Virus record (IMG/VR): IMGVR_UViG_3300015607_005478
DNA length: 64,000 bases
Direction: 5' to 3' (one strand)
From: an uncultured virus (IMG/VR IMGVR_UViG_3300015607_005478)
Taxonomy: Duplodnaviria > Heunggongvirae > Uroviricota > Caudoviricetes
The stretch's first letter is position 1. The number at the start of each line of letters is the position of its first letter. The notes under the pieces were generated by a model, which saw nothing but the letters and a program-made list of their open reading frames with translations, was not told the DNA's origin and searched no databases. Position numbers and translations under genes: made by a program. Of this stretch, positions 29,449-39,100 are shown piece by piece.

Positions 29449-30074
29449 GCACTGTTCTTGTTGGGTCCTACACGCTTGGTGGCGTGAACGTCGCCTTGAA
29501 TGGCGCCGTCGTTCTTGTAGTGCCCCTGCTAACGCAGGTGGATCTGATGCTCACGGGACCCTTCGGACTTGGTGCCGTGCAGGCAGATCTCGCCGCGCAG
29601 CTCAACGCCGCGCTCGCAGCGCAGGCGCAGGTTGCCATCTCCGTGTCGAATCCCATCGCCGCGCTGAAGGCACAACTGCAGGCTATGTTGTCGGTGCAGG
29701 CTGGTATTGCAGCGTCGCTGTCTCTCGGTCTTCCACCCGTGGTTGTGAACGTGAGCGCCTCCCTCGCAATCAGCGCCGCGCTCGCCCTAAAGCTGGGAGG
29801 CATCCGTCTTCTCATTCAGCTCGTTCTGCAATTGAAGCTTCCGCTCGTGAACCTTCTTGCGGGACTCAACCTAAGCGCGGGCCCGTTCGTCCTCATGTCG
29901 ATTGGCTTTGCAGGTCCGAGCACGCTTCTGAGCTCGACGGCCGAATACACCGCGCTCGCCGCCGGTGGCGTGGGCGGCATTCTTCCGACCGACCAAGTCT
30001 ACGGCGTCACAATTCTCACCAAGAGCCCGGCGGCTTCTCTCGCCCTGGCTGGGGTGATTAGAACGACCCCTTGA
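29445..30074 (+). CDS. Hydrophobic Ala/Leu-rich protein, probably baseplate-associated
   Basis: Coupled to the spike gene. Confidence 0.55.
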   Translation: MSTVLVGSYTLGGVNVALNGAVVLVVPLLTQVDLMLTGPFGLGAVQADLAAQLNAALAAQAQVAISVSNPIAALKAQLQAMLSVQAGIAASLSLGLPPVVVNVSASLAISAALALKLGGIRLLIQLVLQLKLPLVNLLAGLNLSAGPFVLMSIGFAGPSTLLSSTAEYTALAAGGVGGILPTDQVYGVTILTKSPAASLALAGVIRTTP

Positions 30075-30594
30075 GATGTTTCCGGAGATTGGTCGTGAGC
30101 AGCTCCAGCTCCGCGAGCGAAGCATCGTTCTTTACAGCATTAGCTCGATGCGAAATGACCCAGATGTTCCCCTTCACATAACCGAGGGCGGGAATCATTC
30201 TGTCCAATGTGGGAGACGCCGGCCCCACCTTCCCCTTGCCTGCCGCTAGAGGAACGCCGAGTAGCGGACACTTCTTCGGGATTACGATATCCGCCGGCTT
30301 GATATCGAATGGGAGGTTCAGCCGCGTGGCGCGCAAGCGCGCATGTCTCCAGAGACGTAAGCCAGGATAGCGTTCGTGCGATCGACGCTCGTACTCCTTG
30401 TATTGCTCGGGACGCGCATCGCGATACGCAGCCGATCGAGCCAAGATCGTCTTCTTGTTTTTCTTGTAGTGGTTTGCCGCCCATTGCTTCTGACAAGGCT
30501 TACACCACTTCTGCAGACCATCTTTCTCGGCGCGATTAGTCCCAAACGGCCCCGGTCCACCACACTTACTGCACTTCTTCTTGGCGCTCTTCAT
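30058..30594 (-). CDS. Free-standing HNH-like endonuclease
   Basis: CSKC..CKPC, CPLLG, TLDR..PALGYVKGNIWVISHRAN. Confidence 0.75.
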   Translation of the reverse strand: MKSAKKKCSKCGGPGPFGTNRAEKDGLQKWCKPCQKQWAANHYKKNKKTILARSAAYRDARPEQYKEYERRSHERYPGLRLWRHARLRATRLNLPFDIKPADIVIPKKCPLLGVPLAAGKGKVGPASPTLDRMIPALGYVKGNIWVISHRANAVKNDASLAELELLTTNLRKHLKGSF

Positions 30595-30610
30595 TGCTAC
30601 GCTGCCCGAG

Positions 30611-32644
30611 ATGGCCACGACTCAGCCCCTCTTCTTCACGCCCGATGTGCAGTTCGAGAAATCAGCCGCGGAGGTCATGCTGCCGGAGGACCCCAATCGG
30701 TGGCCCAACGAGCTTATGCAGGAATTGTATAAGCAAGTACCATTTGTAGCTGATTTTGAGCCTCACGTCACCATGGATCGCGTCGACGCCGAGAAGGGCT
30801 ACGGCCTTGGCAATATCGAGGTCCAGAACAAGACCGAGATTCAGCACGGTGCTGATGAGGCCGGAAAGATGAACGCGGGCGTGAAGAGCGTGCGCATTCC
30901 GGTCATCATCTCCAATCGCAAGCTTCAACCACTCGACCTCATCGTCACGGGTGATTCGAAGACGCTGCCGCTTACGGAGGCCCGTCTTCGTGCAGCCATC
31001 TTTCGTCCGCAGGTCTTCGACATCACCGGTCGCGGACCCGGCGATATGTCGATGATCGGTCAGCTCTACCCCCCGTACCGCCAGAACTACGGCTTCGGTG
31101 GCGGCGGCGCGACGATGAACGTCGGGATGGGCAAAGAGGGCTCGAAAGCTTCGCTCCTCGTAGCCATCATGCCGACGGTCAATGAGCGTGACTACAACGC
31201 CTTCTTCCAGAAGGTCGCGAGTGATCGTGGGCTGCAGGCGCAGCTGGCGACGAACGGTGCGTGCTCGGAGGCTCTGAAGTCTCTCGCGTCCTACGAACCC
31301 GTTGGCGCCGCCAAGCTCGCCGAGGCGGCGCTTTCGAACATCGTTCCGTCCGTCGTCCAGCTCTCGAAAGAGGTTGAGGGTTACTCGATCAAGAGCGCGT
31401 CGCACGCGTGCTGGTTGCCCAAGACCGAGCTCGTCAACCGTGGTGACGCCGTGCGTCTTTTCGGTGCGAAGGTCGTTCTCGCTGCCGACCAGACGGGCGC
31501 CGTGACGATGTCCAACGGCGAGAGCGTTCAGGAAGAGAAGCAGCAGAATCCCGAAGCGGACAAGCCCGAGCCCATCACGCAGTTCGGCATCTACAAGGTG
31601 CAGAACAAGGAAGGGCAGGAGCTGATCGGGTACGTCTTCACCAACCTCATCGACATCGACGGCAAGGCACTGCCGATCGCGCTCTTCACGAACGGCAGCC
31701 AGAAGGCCGTTCAGGGCGATATCGTCGGTATCAACGTCGGCGGCGGCGCGAGCCTTTTCGAAGGACCTCCGCGCGGTACCGGTTGCTTTTACCATCTGCT
31801 TTCCAACGGGCGCGCGCAGGCGACCGTGCCGATGACGCTCAACGCATCGATGGACGTTGAGGGTCACGGTGCAACGACGATGCACGGCCAGACGTACGAT
31901 GGCACGCCCGTCGTGGTCTCCGTTCAGCCGAACATTCAGGAGTGCACGTTTGTCGACGGCACGCTCCTCGTTCCAGAGTCGTACTCCTGGTTGCCGCTCG
32001 ACACTGCGGAGGATACGCAGCTCGTTGAAGCACCGGAGGGATGGAACGCGCCGCAGGAAGCGAAGCAGGCATTCGCGACCGTCGAGCTCCGACACGCGGG
32101 CGAGGGCACCTTCTCTATTCGCGGCTTCGCGGTCGACAAGGTCGCGAGCGCGGAGCGCGAGTTCATGTCACTCGACGAGACGATGTTCCTTCTCGGCGGG
32201 CTCGGCGTGGACTTCAAGTATGCGCAGGAGAAGATCGGTGAGGCCGCTGCATGGAGCCGGCCGGTCAGTGTGCGCGTGGGACGCTACATCAAGACGGCGG
32301 CAGACGCCGTGGCGGAGTCGCGGGTGAAAGCAGCGTCGGTGATGGCGCTCTTCCAGGATCTCATCCCTGCACTCCGCAAGGACCTCCTCAAGGAGGCGGC
32401 GGTTATTCCGGACCCGACGGCCGTGGACACGGTCCTCTCGTTGGGCTTCTTGAACCCCGAGAATCTCGGCACGTTCATCTCGTACCTCCCGGTCCTCGAT
32501 GAGGGCCAGGCGAAGCTCTGTGAGCTTCTTCTTGCATCTCGCCTCGGTATGCGGGAAGTTTCTTCAGGCGCTCTCGAGAAGGCCATCCGCTCGACGGAGG
32601 AGGCTATCGAAGGACTCAAAGTTTTGGCCTTCCAGAAACAATAG
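30611..32644 (+). CDS. Probable virion structural protein with K-x-A motifs
   Basis: Leaderless start after TGnTACGCT; EKSAA, KVAS, KTAA, KEAA motifs. Confidence 0.65.
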   Translation: MATTQPLFFTPDVQFEKSAAEVMLPEDPNRWPNELMQELYKQVPFVADFEPHVTMDRVDAEKGYGLGNIEVQNKTEIQHGADEAGKMNAGVKSVRIPVIISNRKLQPLDLIVTGDSKTLPLTEARLRAAIFRPQVFDITGRGPGDMSMIGQLYPPYRQNYGFGGGGATMNVGMGKEGSKASLLVAIMPTVNERDYNAFFQKVASDRGLQAQLATNGACSEALKSLASYEPVGAAKLAEAALSNIVPSVVQLSKEVEGYSIKSASHACWLPKTELVNRGDAVRLFGAKVVLAADQTGAVTMSNGESVQEEKQQNPEADKPEPITQFGIYKVQNKEGQELIGYVFTNLIDIDGKALPIALFTNGSQKAVQGDIVGINVGGGASLFEGPPRGTGCFYHLLSNGRAQATVPMTLNASMDVEGHGATTMHGQTYDGTPVVVSVQPNIQECTFVDGTLLVPESYSWLPLDTAEDTQLVEAPEGWNAPQEAKQAFATVELRHAGEGTFSIRGFAVDKVASAEREFMSLDETMFLLGGLGVDFKYAQEKIGEAAAWSRPVSVRVGRYIKTAADAVAESRVKAASVMALFQDLIPALRKDLLKEAAVIPDPTAVDTVLSLGFLNPENLGTFISYLPVLDEGQAKLCELLLASRLGMREVSSGALEKAIRSTEEAIEGLKVLAFQKQ

Positions 32645-32675
32645 CTAAGAGACGGGGCCCTTGCGGGCCCCTCTT
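32645..32675. terminator. Bidirectional terminator
   Basis: GGGGCCC-TTGC-GGGCCCC between convergent genes. Confidence 0.7.
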
Positions 32676-33106
32676 CAGCGTCGCTTTGCTCGAATCGGTG
32701 TCGTGAGTGCTCGCTCGGTATCCCATCCACTCGAGAAGCGTGTCTGAATCCGCTCCGGGTTCTCAGGGAATAGCTGTTCGGCCCATTGGGTAACTGTTTT
32801 GGTTTCGCCCCGAAAGGTTACGTACCGATTACTGCGTCGGTTGTTGGATTGCTCTTTGTCGGTAGCCCAATAAACATTCGCAGGCGTGTATCCTCGTGCG
32901 TTGTTACGGCGCTCCAGCGAATGTGCGGGAGAGGGCCGGGCACCGATATCCGCCACGAAGTTGGTGAACGACGTACGCCAGCGCCGGCAGACTTTGATGC
33001 CTCGCTCGCCGTAATCTTTGTACGCTGGATGCGCAGGGTTGGTGCAACGAAGCACCATCTGCTTCCATGCATTGTACAGATATCTCTTCTCAGGTTTGTG
33101 CGGCAT
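32675..33106 (-). CDS. Free-standing HNH endonuclease
   Basis: YxxWxxMxxRC, YGERGIKVC, SLERRNN..GY.P.N..WAT; GGAGG SD. Confidence 0.8.
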   Translation of the reverse strand: MPHKPEKRYLYNAWKQMVLRCTNPAHPAYKDYGERGIKVCRRWRTSFTNFVADIGARPSPAHSLERRNNARGYTPANVYWATDKEQSNNRRSNRYVTFRGETKTVTQWAEQLFPENPERIQTRFSSGWDTERALTTPIRAKRR

Positions 33107-33151
33107 GTGCACCTCCTCGTTGTTCTTGTGCCCGTTTCATGCCTAGTATTG

Positions 33152-34138
33152 ATGGCGATGCGCCTCCGGAGTCCTGCCGAGTTCTATCTCAAGTACTTGG
33201 TGGTTCATCCGGATCGTTACGACAACATCGCGATCAAGAATCGACTCCTTGATGAGGGGCTCGACTTCATCTCCGAGGTCTACGTAGAGGGCCTGCGGAA
33301 GAAGTTGAAGCCCCCGAAGGCGTTCAATCCTACAAACCCGCGACACTTTCCGTCGTATCGCTTCATCATCAACGAGCGCATCAATCGTATCTTCCAGCCC
33401 GATGCGGCGATGCGCGGCGCGCGCGAGATCCTCGAGACGCCGCGCGCCAAAGAGTTCGTGGAATCGATGCTGCTCGTGCACGTTCCGCTCTCGGCTATTG
33501 CGAGCTTCGTGACACGCCATCGCGGTGTGCATTGCACGGTTGCGGCGCTCGAGCTCTACAAGCACTACTTCTGGAACATCGAGCTGCTCGACTCGACGCA
33601 GATGCGCGTTCTTCTGCGTATGCGTGTGGACAATGCCGTCGACGGCATCGAGGAGTTCAAGGGCAAGTCGGCCATCTTGAAGAACGCGTATTACAAGGAC
33701 CCGCGCACCGTTGCGGCGAACCTGCCGTATACGCCGACCGCCGCGCTCCTTGCTCAGACCCGTCTCGGTATCCGACCTTCGCGCGCAGAGATCGCGCTTC
33801 GTATGCTGGAAGCCCGAGACATCGCCGCGCTCCGAGCGATTGAGGCTGCTCACACGGACGGGCCGAACGACGACCAGAAGTTCATGAACTACGTCAACGG
33901 CGTGCGCATCCTCGAGGAGCTCCTCCAGATGGTCGCCAAGCCAGAAGACCAGCTGCGGAAACAGCTCTCTGCTATCACTTTGAGAACTGAGCTCGCGCCG
34001 GTGCCGTCGATTCATGCCCTGAGCGGCGGACAGCACACCGTTGACCTCGCACCTGTGAAGGACAAGACCGATGACGACTCCGAATCCGACGACGCCGACT
34101 TTGAGTCCGGATCAAGCGACGACGACAATCCTGGATGA
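33152..34138 (+). CDS. Hypothetical protein upstream of terminase (terminase small subunit candidate)
   Basis: Helical with acidic tail; function inferred from position only. Confidence 0.5.
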   Translation: MAMRLRSPAEFYLKYLVVHPDRYDNIAIKNRLLDEGLDFISEVYVEGLRKKLKPPKAFNPTNPRHFPSYRFIINERINRIFQPDAAMRGAREILETPRAKEFVESMLLVHVPLSAIASFVTRHRGVHCTVAALELYKHYFWNIELLDSTQMRVLLRMRVDNAVDGIEEFKGKSAILKNAYYKDPRTVAANLPYTPTAALLAQTRLGIRPSRAEIALRMLEARDIAALRAIEAAHTDGPNDDQKFMNYVNGVRILEELLQMVAKPEDQLRKQLSAITLRTELAPVPSIHALSGGQHTVDLAPVKDKTDDDSESDDADFESGSSDDDNPG

Positions 34139-34532
34139 GTCGAAAGCGACCATTCCGGTCTTTCAACTTCATTTCATTCCAATTGACACGCACACAACCT
34201 TCCGTGCGCAGCTCGCCATCACGGACGGTGACCTCATCATTCACTTCTTCATGAACGACGAGATTCGGAAGATGCCGGATCCGATGAAGTACTGGCGCGA
34301 GGTCTTTCCGAACACGCTCTCCGCGACCGCGGAGAAGTACTTCGATGCCACATACCCCCGCCTCAAGGCCGCGTACACGGAAGACCAGTTCGTAGAGGGC
34401 GGCCCGAGCTGGTGGATGCGCGCGTACGGCTTCGGTCACGTCCTCGACCCGCACAAGTTCGCTTACCGCTTCTTCGACGAGCTCGACGCGGCCCTCGACC
34501 TTGCTCTTGGCAACACCCCTACGCAGGCGTAG
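34071..34532 (+). CDS. Hypothetical protein
   Basis: Aromatic-rich, protein-like ORF; start uncertain. Confidence 0.6.
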   Translation: MTTPNPTTPTLSPDQATTTILDESKATIPVFQLHFIPIDTHTTFRAQLAITDGDLIIHFFMNDEIRKMPDPMKYWREVFPNTLSATAEKYFDATYPRLKAAYTEDQFVEGGPSWWMRAYGFGHVLDPHKFAYRFFDELDAALDLALGNTPTQA

Positions 34533-34783
34533 GTCTTTCCGAATCGTACGCCCTGCACGGACCAGCCACTCGCCTGCGCGTAGCTGCGGATGTACTTCAC
34601 GAGTGCGGGGCGTACTTCTTTCGGTACCCCACCGGGGGCGTAGTAGAGAACGCAGTCGTAGCCGCCTTCATCTCGCGGTTCGACGCGCGCATCTTGGCCG
34701 AAGAAGTCCCCACCGCGTTGCACGCTCGCCCACAAGTTCGAGAGCAGCGTTTGTGGAGATGAAGTCTTTTCTGGAGGAAACAC
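34463..34783 (-). CDS. Small hypothetical protein divergent from terminase
   Basis: AGGAG SD and GTG at 34783; fills the gap before terminase. Confidence 0.45.
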   Translation of the reverse strand: MFPPEKTSSPQTLLSNLWASVQRGGDFFGQDARVEPRDEGGYDCVLYYAPGGVPKEVRPALVKYIRSYAQASGWSVQGVRFGKTYACVGVLPRARSRAASSSSKKR

Positions 34784-36655
34784 GTGAACGTTGCTCCTAA
34801 TCCTGTTTACCAGAAACCGCCGGGCTCGCCGCCGCCCTTTGCGGATGGTGAGCTCGAGGAGCTCGAACGCGAACTGACCGACGAAGAGCTCTATCTCGCT
34901 GAAGAAGGCGAGTACTGGCTGCCGCCCGACTTCGAGCCATTCCCGGATGCGTACACGTTCGAGGAGGACGATCAGGCGCAGATCACCGTTCCGCCGAAAG
35001 TGCTGCCTTCGCAGTTCACCGAGGCAGCCTTCCGGATGCCGAACAAGGACGGCATCTTCGAGCCGTTCTCCTTCAACGGCCGGCGCCACATGCGGCGCAT
35101 CTACGACACGCCAGCGAAGCGCATCCTCCTTTTCTGCGGCCGTCAGGTTGAGAAGAGCACGTTGCTCGGCAATCGGATGCTGACGTACTCGTGCATGATC
35201 CCGGCGTTCAAGTCGCTCTACGTCTCGCCCTCAGCGACACAGACGAAGACGTTCTCGATTGACCGCATCAAAGAGCCGCTCGAAACCAGCGACGTGCTCC
35301 GTGGCTTCACCACGACCGCACTTCAGCAGAACGTCTTCGAGAAGCAGTTCATCAATCGCGCGAAGATCACTCTTCGGTATGCCTTCCTCAACGCCGATCG
35401 AACCCGCGGCATCCCGGCATGGCAGCTTCTCCTCGACGAGCTCCAGGACATCCTCGGCGACAACATCCCCGTCATCGAGCAGTGCACGGCCCACGCACCA
35501 GAGGAATGGAAGTCCTTCGTCTATGCCGGTACGCCGAAGGGCCTAGACAACATCATCGAGTTCTATCGGAGCGGCACCGCCAAGGGTCGCCCGATGTCGA
35601 CGATGGGCGAGTGGGTCGTTCCCTGCGACCGCTGTGGGTCGTCCGCCGGCGCGGGCCGTTTCTGGAATGTCCTCGGCGAGAAGAACATCCAGAAGAAGGG
35701 TCTCTCCTGCGAGCGCTGCAAGCAGCCCATCAATCCCATGCACGACGACGCGCAGTGGGCGATGATGCAGGAGGCGGGGATCTACGAGAGCTATCGCATC
35801 CCGCAGCTGATGGTCCCATGGCGATCGTGGGACGAGATCATGCTCGACTACGCGCGCTACGAGCGCGCGCGGTTCTACAACGAGGTTCTCGGCATCTCGT
35901 ACGACTCCGGGCTTCGACCGCTTACGCGGCAGCAGGTTCGTGAGTGCTGCAGCGATGACATCTCGATGCATCCGTCGCACCTCGAGAAGTACCGAGCGAT
36001 GTCTGCCGGTACGCCTATCTTCGCAGGCATCGACTGGGGTACAGGCGAGAACACGTTCACGGTCCTTTCGCTCGGTTGCTACGTGAACTCGAAGTTCCGC
36101 ATCTTCTTCGTGCACCGTTTCACCGGTGAGGACGTTGACCCGCCGGCGCAGCTCGAAAAGATCGACCAGATGCTCTCGTACTTCAATGTACGAATCATCG
36201 CGACGGACTATGGTGGTGGCTTCGACCGCAACGACCACCTGGTTCGCAAGTTCGGCCCGAAGCGCCTGCACAAGTACCAATACATGGCGCGCGGCAAGAA
36301 GAAGATTGCTTGGAACCCGATGTACCGCCGCTGGCAGCTCACGCGCACGGAAGTGATGAGCGACATCTTCAACGCCATCAAGCGAAAGCAGGTCGAGCTT
36401 CCGCGCTGGGCCGAGTTCGAAGACCCCTACGCGAATGACTGCCTCAATATCTTCAGCGAGTACAACGAGACGCTTCGTATGGTGCAATACGGCCATCGAC
36501 CGGATCGCCCCGACGACACGTTCCATTCCATCCTTTACTGCCTGCTCGGCTCGATGATCATGTTCCCGCGGCCGGATATCCTCGTGCCTGTTCGCGAGCA
36601 CAAAGGGCAGGGGCCTCTCGTGACGTCGTATCGTGGGCCTGTTGACCAGGGCTAA
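34784..36655 (+). CDS. terL: Terminase large subunit, GpA-like
   Basis: CGRQVEKST Walker A, LLLDE Walker B, GTP coupling motif, AGIDWG and PDDTFH nuclease motifs. Confidence 0.9.
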   Translation: MNVAPNPVYQKPPGSPPPFADGELEELERELTDEELYLAEEGEYWLPPDFEPFPDAYTFEEDDQAQITVPPKVLPSQFTEAAFRMPNKDGIFEPFSFNGRRHMRRIYDTPAKRILLFCGRQVEKSTLLGNRMLTYSCMIPAFKSLYVSPSATQTKTFSIDRIKEPLETSDVLRGFTTTALQQNVFEKQFINRAKITLRYAFLNADRTRGIPAWQLLLDELQDILGDNIPVIEQCTAHAPEEWKSFVYAGTPKGLDNIIEFYRSGTAKGRPMSTMGEWVVPCDRCGSSAGAGRFWNVLGEKNIQKKGLSCERCKQPINPMHDDAQWAMMQEAGIYESYRIPQLMVPWRSWDEIMLDYARYERARFYNEVLGISYDSGLRPLTRQQVRECCSDDISMHPSHLEKYRAMSAGTPIFAGIDWGTGENTFTVLSLGCYVNSKFRIFFVHRFTGEDVDPPAQLEKIDQMLSYFNVRIIATDYGGGFDRNDHLVRKFGPKRLHKYQYMARGKKKIAWNPMYRRWQLTRTEVMSDIFNAIKRKQVELPRWAEFEDPYANDCLNIFSEYNETLRMVQYGHRPDRPDDTFHSILYCLLGSMIMFPRPDILVPVREHKGQGPLVTSYRGPVDQG

Positions 36656-37353
36656 TGCAAAATCGCCATGATCTCGTCAACCGCACCCTTCGCCCCACCG
36701 AAGACACGGTCGGCGATGCGCCGACCGTGCGTCTTTCGGCAAGCCATGTAGCCGACGTACCAGAGGTGCCGTTTGCCAGCGTCGAAGTACTTGTACGCGG
36801 CGCTTAGCGACTGTGTGACTCCTTCGCCGAGAACATGACCTGCGCGCGATACGTTGTTGGCGAAGTCCATGTAGTGGCGCCACGGTTCGTCGTTATTGGT
36901 GTGCATGGCGACGAGCTCGAGGTAGACCTCGTCCATCATGAAGAAGGCGCCGGCCCAGAAACGCACCCAGTCCGGGCTCCGCAACTTCTGATCGGTGAGT
37001 GCTTCGGCCGCGTAGGCATAGAGGTCTTGCACACCCGCTTCATCTCGAGCCAGGGGAACGCTGTTCAGCCCCAGGTGCTCTAGAAGAAGGCCTAGCTTGT
37101 GCTCCGCGACGCGCGCCGTCGCAAGCGCCTGCAGCGCAATGACCTTCACGCTCCATACGTCGGTCGACTTGTCCTCGCGCATGGCGCGAAGGGCCTGAAC
37201 CTCCACCCGATTGAACATCACGTTCTTCTGATCGGAGAGCAGGCGGGGCGAGAGTAGCCCCTGATCCACCCATCTCTGAATCGTTCTTGGCGTTGTACCC
37301 AGCAGGGCCGCCGCCTCTTTCTTAGATACGTACTCGCTGTCGGCCTTCTTCAT
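36652..37353 (-). CDS. MerR/excisionase-type HTH DNA-binding protein
   Basis: SKKEAAALLGTTPRTIQRWVDQGLL. Confidence 0.75.
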   Translation of the reverse strand: MKKADSEYVSKKEAAALLGTTPRTIQRWVDQGLLSPRLLSDQKNVMFNRVEVQALRAMREDKSTDVWSVKVIALQALATARVAEHKLGLLLEHLGLNSVPLARDEAGVQDLYAYAAEALTDQKLRSPDWVRFWAGAFFMMDEVYLELVAMHTNNDEPWRHYMDFANNVSRAGHVLGEGVTQSLSAAYKYFDAGKRHLWYVGYMACRKTHGRRIADRVFGGAKGAVDEIMAILH

Positions 37354-37403
37354 GGGGCTTCAACCACTTCCCGCAGCTATGGCGCCTGGTCTATTCTCCA
37401 GAC

Positions 37404-38606
37404 ATGAGCGACCTTCCCACGCAGGGACTGCTTCAACAAATGCGGGCCCACCGGCACACGGGCGAAGAGCTCGAAGTGCTCGGGAAGCACGCGGCGGCGC
37501 GCTGGACGTCGGGAGCATACAAGACCCTGACGGAATCGGTCACGCAGACGGTGAAGCAGGCCCAGCTCTCTCCGGAGCAGGTGAAGCGCGTCGTCGAGTT
37601 CGCAAATACGGCTGCGTATCTCGATGCCTTCAAGAAGGAAGGCTCGCAGCACCGGGTCATCGACTTCGAGGGCGGCCCGGCCGACGCCTCCGAGATTCTC
37701 AAGGACCTCAATGACGGTGGCGGAGGCTCGGTCTTCGATCGCGGCACGGCCGACTACGACGCGCCTCCGAGCGGCGAGAAGACCTCGAGTGCGCACGAGG
37801 AGACTGCACTTCTGACGCTCTTCGGCGCCGAGAAGACCGCGGAGGTTCTCCCGTACGCCGATCAGCACACGGAGGTTATCCAGCTCCGTGACAAGCTCGC
37901 GGGCGCCGCGGACCACGCGCAGGCTCAGATCTCCGGCCTCGAGGTGATGTACGCAGACCTCGCAGATCGCGTCTATCAGCAGGTGAAGCAGGCGTCGCTC
38001 AACGGCATCACGCTCAGCAGCGTGCTGAAGGCGTGGGAGACGGTCGCGCCCAGCCCCGATTACATCAAGGTCGCGTTCGAGCTCCTGACCCCGCGCCTTC
38101 TCCGCGAAGGCGTTTTCCATAACGTCGAGGACATGGTCGCCTCGGTGGAGAAGACTGCGAGCGCTGGCTTCGTGAATACGGAGCACGAACTCGTCGTCCA
38201 CTTTGGGGAGTTCTGCGAGACGCTCTCCAAGCTCGCCGAGATGCGCGAGGCGCGTGCCGAGCTCCGTGAGAATGCGGAGAAACTCGCGCAGTACCTCAAG
38301 ACGGCCTCCACGGTCGGCAACGCCTGGCGCGCGGCGCGCGATACCGCGGGGGCCGCGGCGGAAGCCTCCCGCCCTTTCTTGGAGAAGCACCTCGGTGAGA
38401 CCGCCGGCGGTGCGCTCGCGACGGGCATCAAGTACGCGCCGCACGCCGGTGTCGGCCTCGGCGCCATGGAAGTGAACCGTCGCATCGAGAACAGCCCGAG
38501 CGCGCCGGCGCGCGCCGCGCGCGCTACGAAGAACGTCATCCTGCGCAACATCCCCGGCACGCAGGAAAACCTCATGGAACAGTATCGCCTGCAGAGCGGT
38601 GGATGA
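37404..38606 (+). CDS. Head-module protein, K-x-A rich
   Basis: Leaderless start after TATTCT; first gene of head operon. Confidence 0.7.
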   Translation: MSDLPTQGLLQQMRAHRHTGEELEVLGKHAAARWTSGAYKTLTESVTQTVKQAQLSPEQVKRVVEFANTAAYLDAFKKEGSQHRVIDFEGGPADASEILKDLNDGGGGSVFDRGTADYDAPPSGEKTSSAHEETALLTLFGAEKTAEVLPYADQHTEVIQLRDKLAGAADHAQAQISGLEVMYADLADRVYQQVKQASLNGITLSSVLKAWETVAPSPDYIKVAFELLTPRLLREGVFHNVEDMVASVEKTASAGFVNTEHELVVHFGEFCETLSKLAEMREARAELRENAEKLAQYLKTASTVGNAWRAARDTAGAAAEASRPFLEKHLGETAGGALATGIKYAPHAGVGLGAMEVNRRIENSPSAPARAARATKNVILRNIPGTQENLMEQYRLQSGG

Positions 38607-38610
38607 CCCG

Positions 38611-39099
38611 ATGAGCAAGAATCCCGTCGAAGAGTACCTGAGCGAGAAGACGGCCGGCTTCGGGCGCAACTTTGCGAACGAGGTCGTCAATGCAGTGCGT
38701 CCGGGGAATCTCGGGCAGCTGGCCGGCAGGGGTCTCGTCAACGCTGGGGCTGCCGCCGCTGGCGCGGGCGCCGTCGCCCTCGGAACGCACGGAGCGCAGG
38801 TGCTCTACGACGCTGCAACCAAGGCGCGCGACTTTCGCTCGATGCTCGAGCAGAACCCGGACCTCGCGCAGAAGCAGCAAGAAGAACCGAAGCTCGTGAA
38901 CCAGATGTTCTCGACGCTTCGTACGTTCAATCCAGCCTTCACTCGCGACCCCGTCGTCGCCGGTTCATACGTCCGGCAGATGGTCGAGAACCCCATGCAC
39001 GCCGGCGGCATCGCCGTCGAAGCGTTGCAGTACCGCGACAAGACGAAGAATCAGCTCGGAGACCAAGTCACGCGCGCAGTCTTCAAGCGCGGAGAATAG
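38611..39099 (+). CDS. Head/internal protein
   Basis: N-terminal VEEYLSEKTAG; Gly/Ala hydrophobic stretch. Confidence 0.65.
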   Translation: MSKNPVEEYLSEKTAGFGRNFANEVVNAVRPGNLGQLAGRGLVNAGAAAAGAGAVALGTHGAQVLYDAATKARDFRSMLEQNPDLAQKQQEEPKLVNQMFSTLRTFNPAFTRDPVVAGSYVRQMVENPMHAGGIAVEALQYRDKTKNQLGDQVTRAVFKRGE

Positions 39100-39100
39100 C

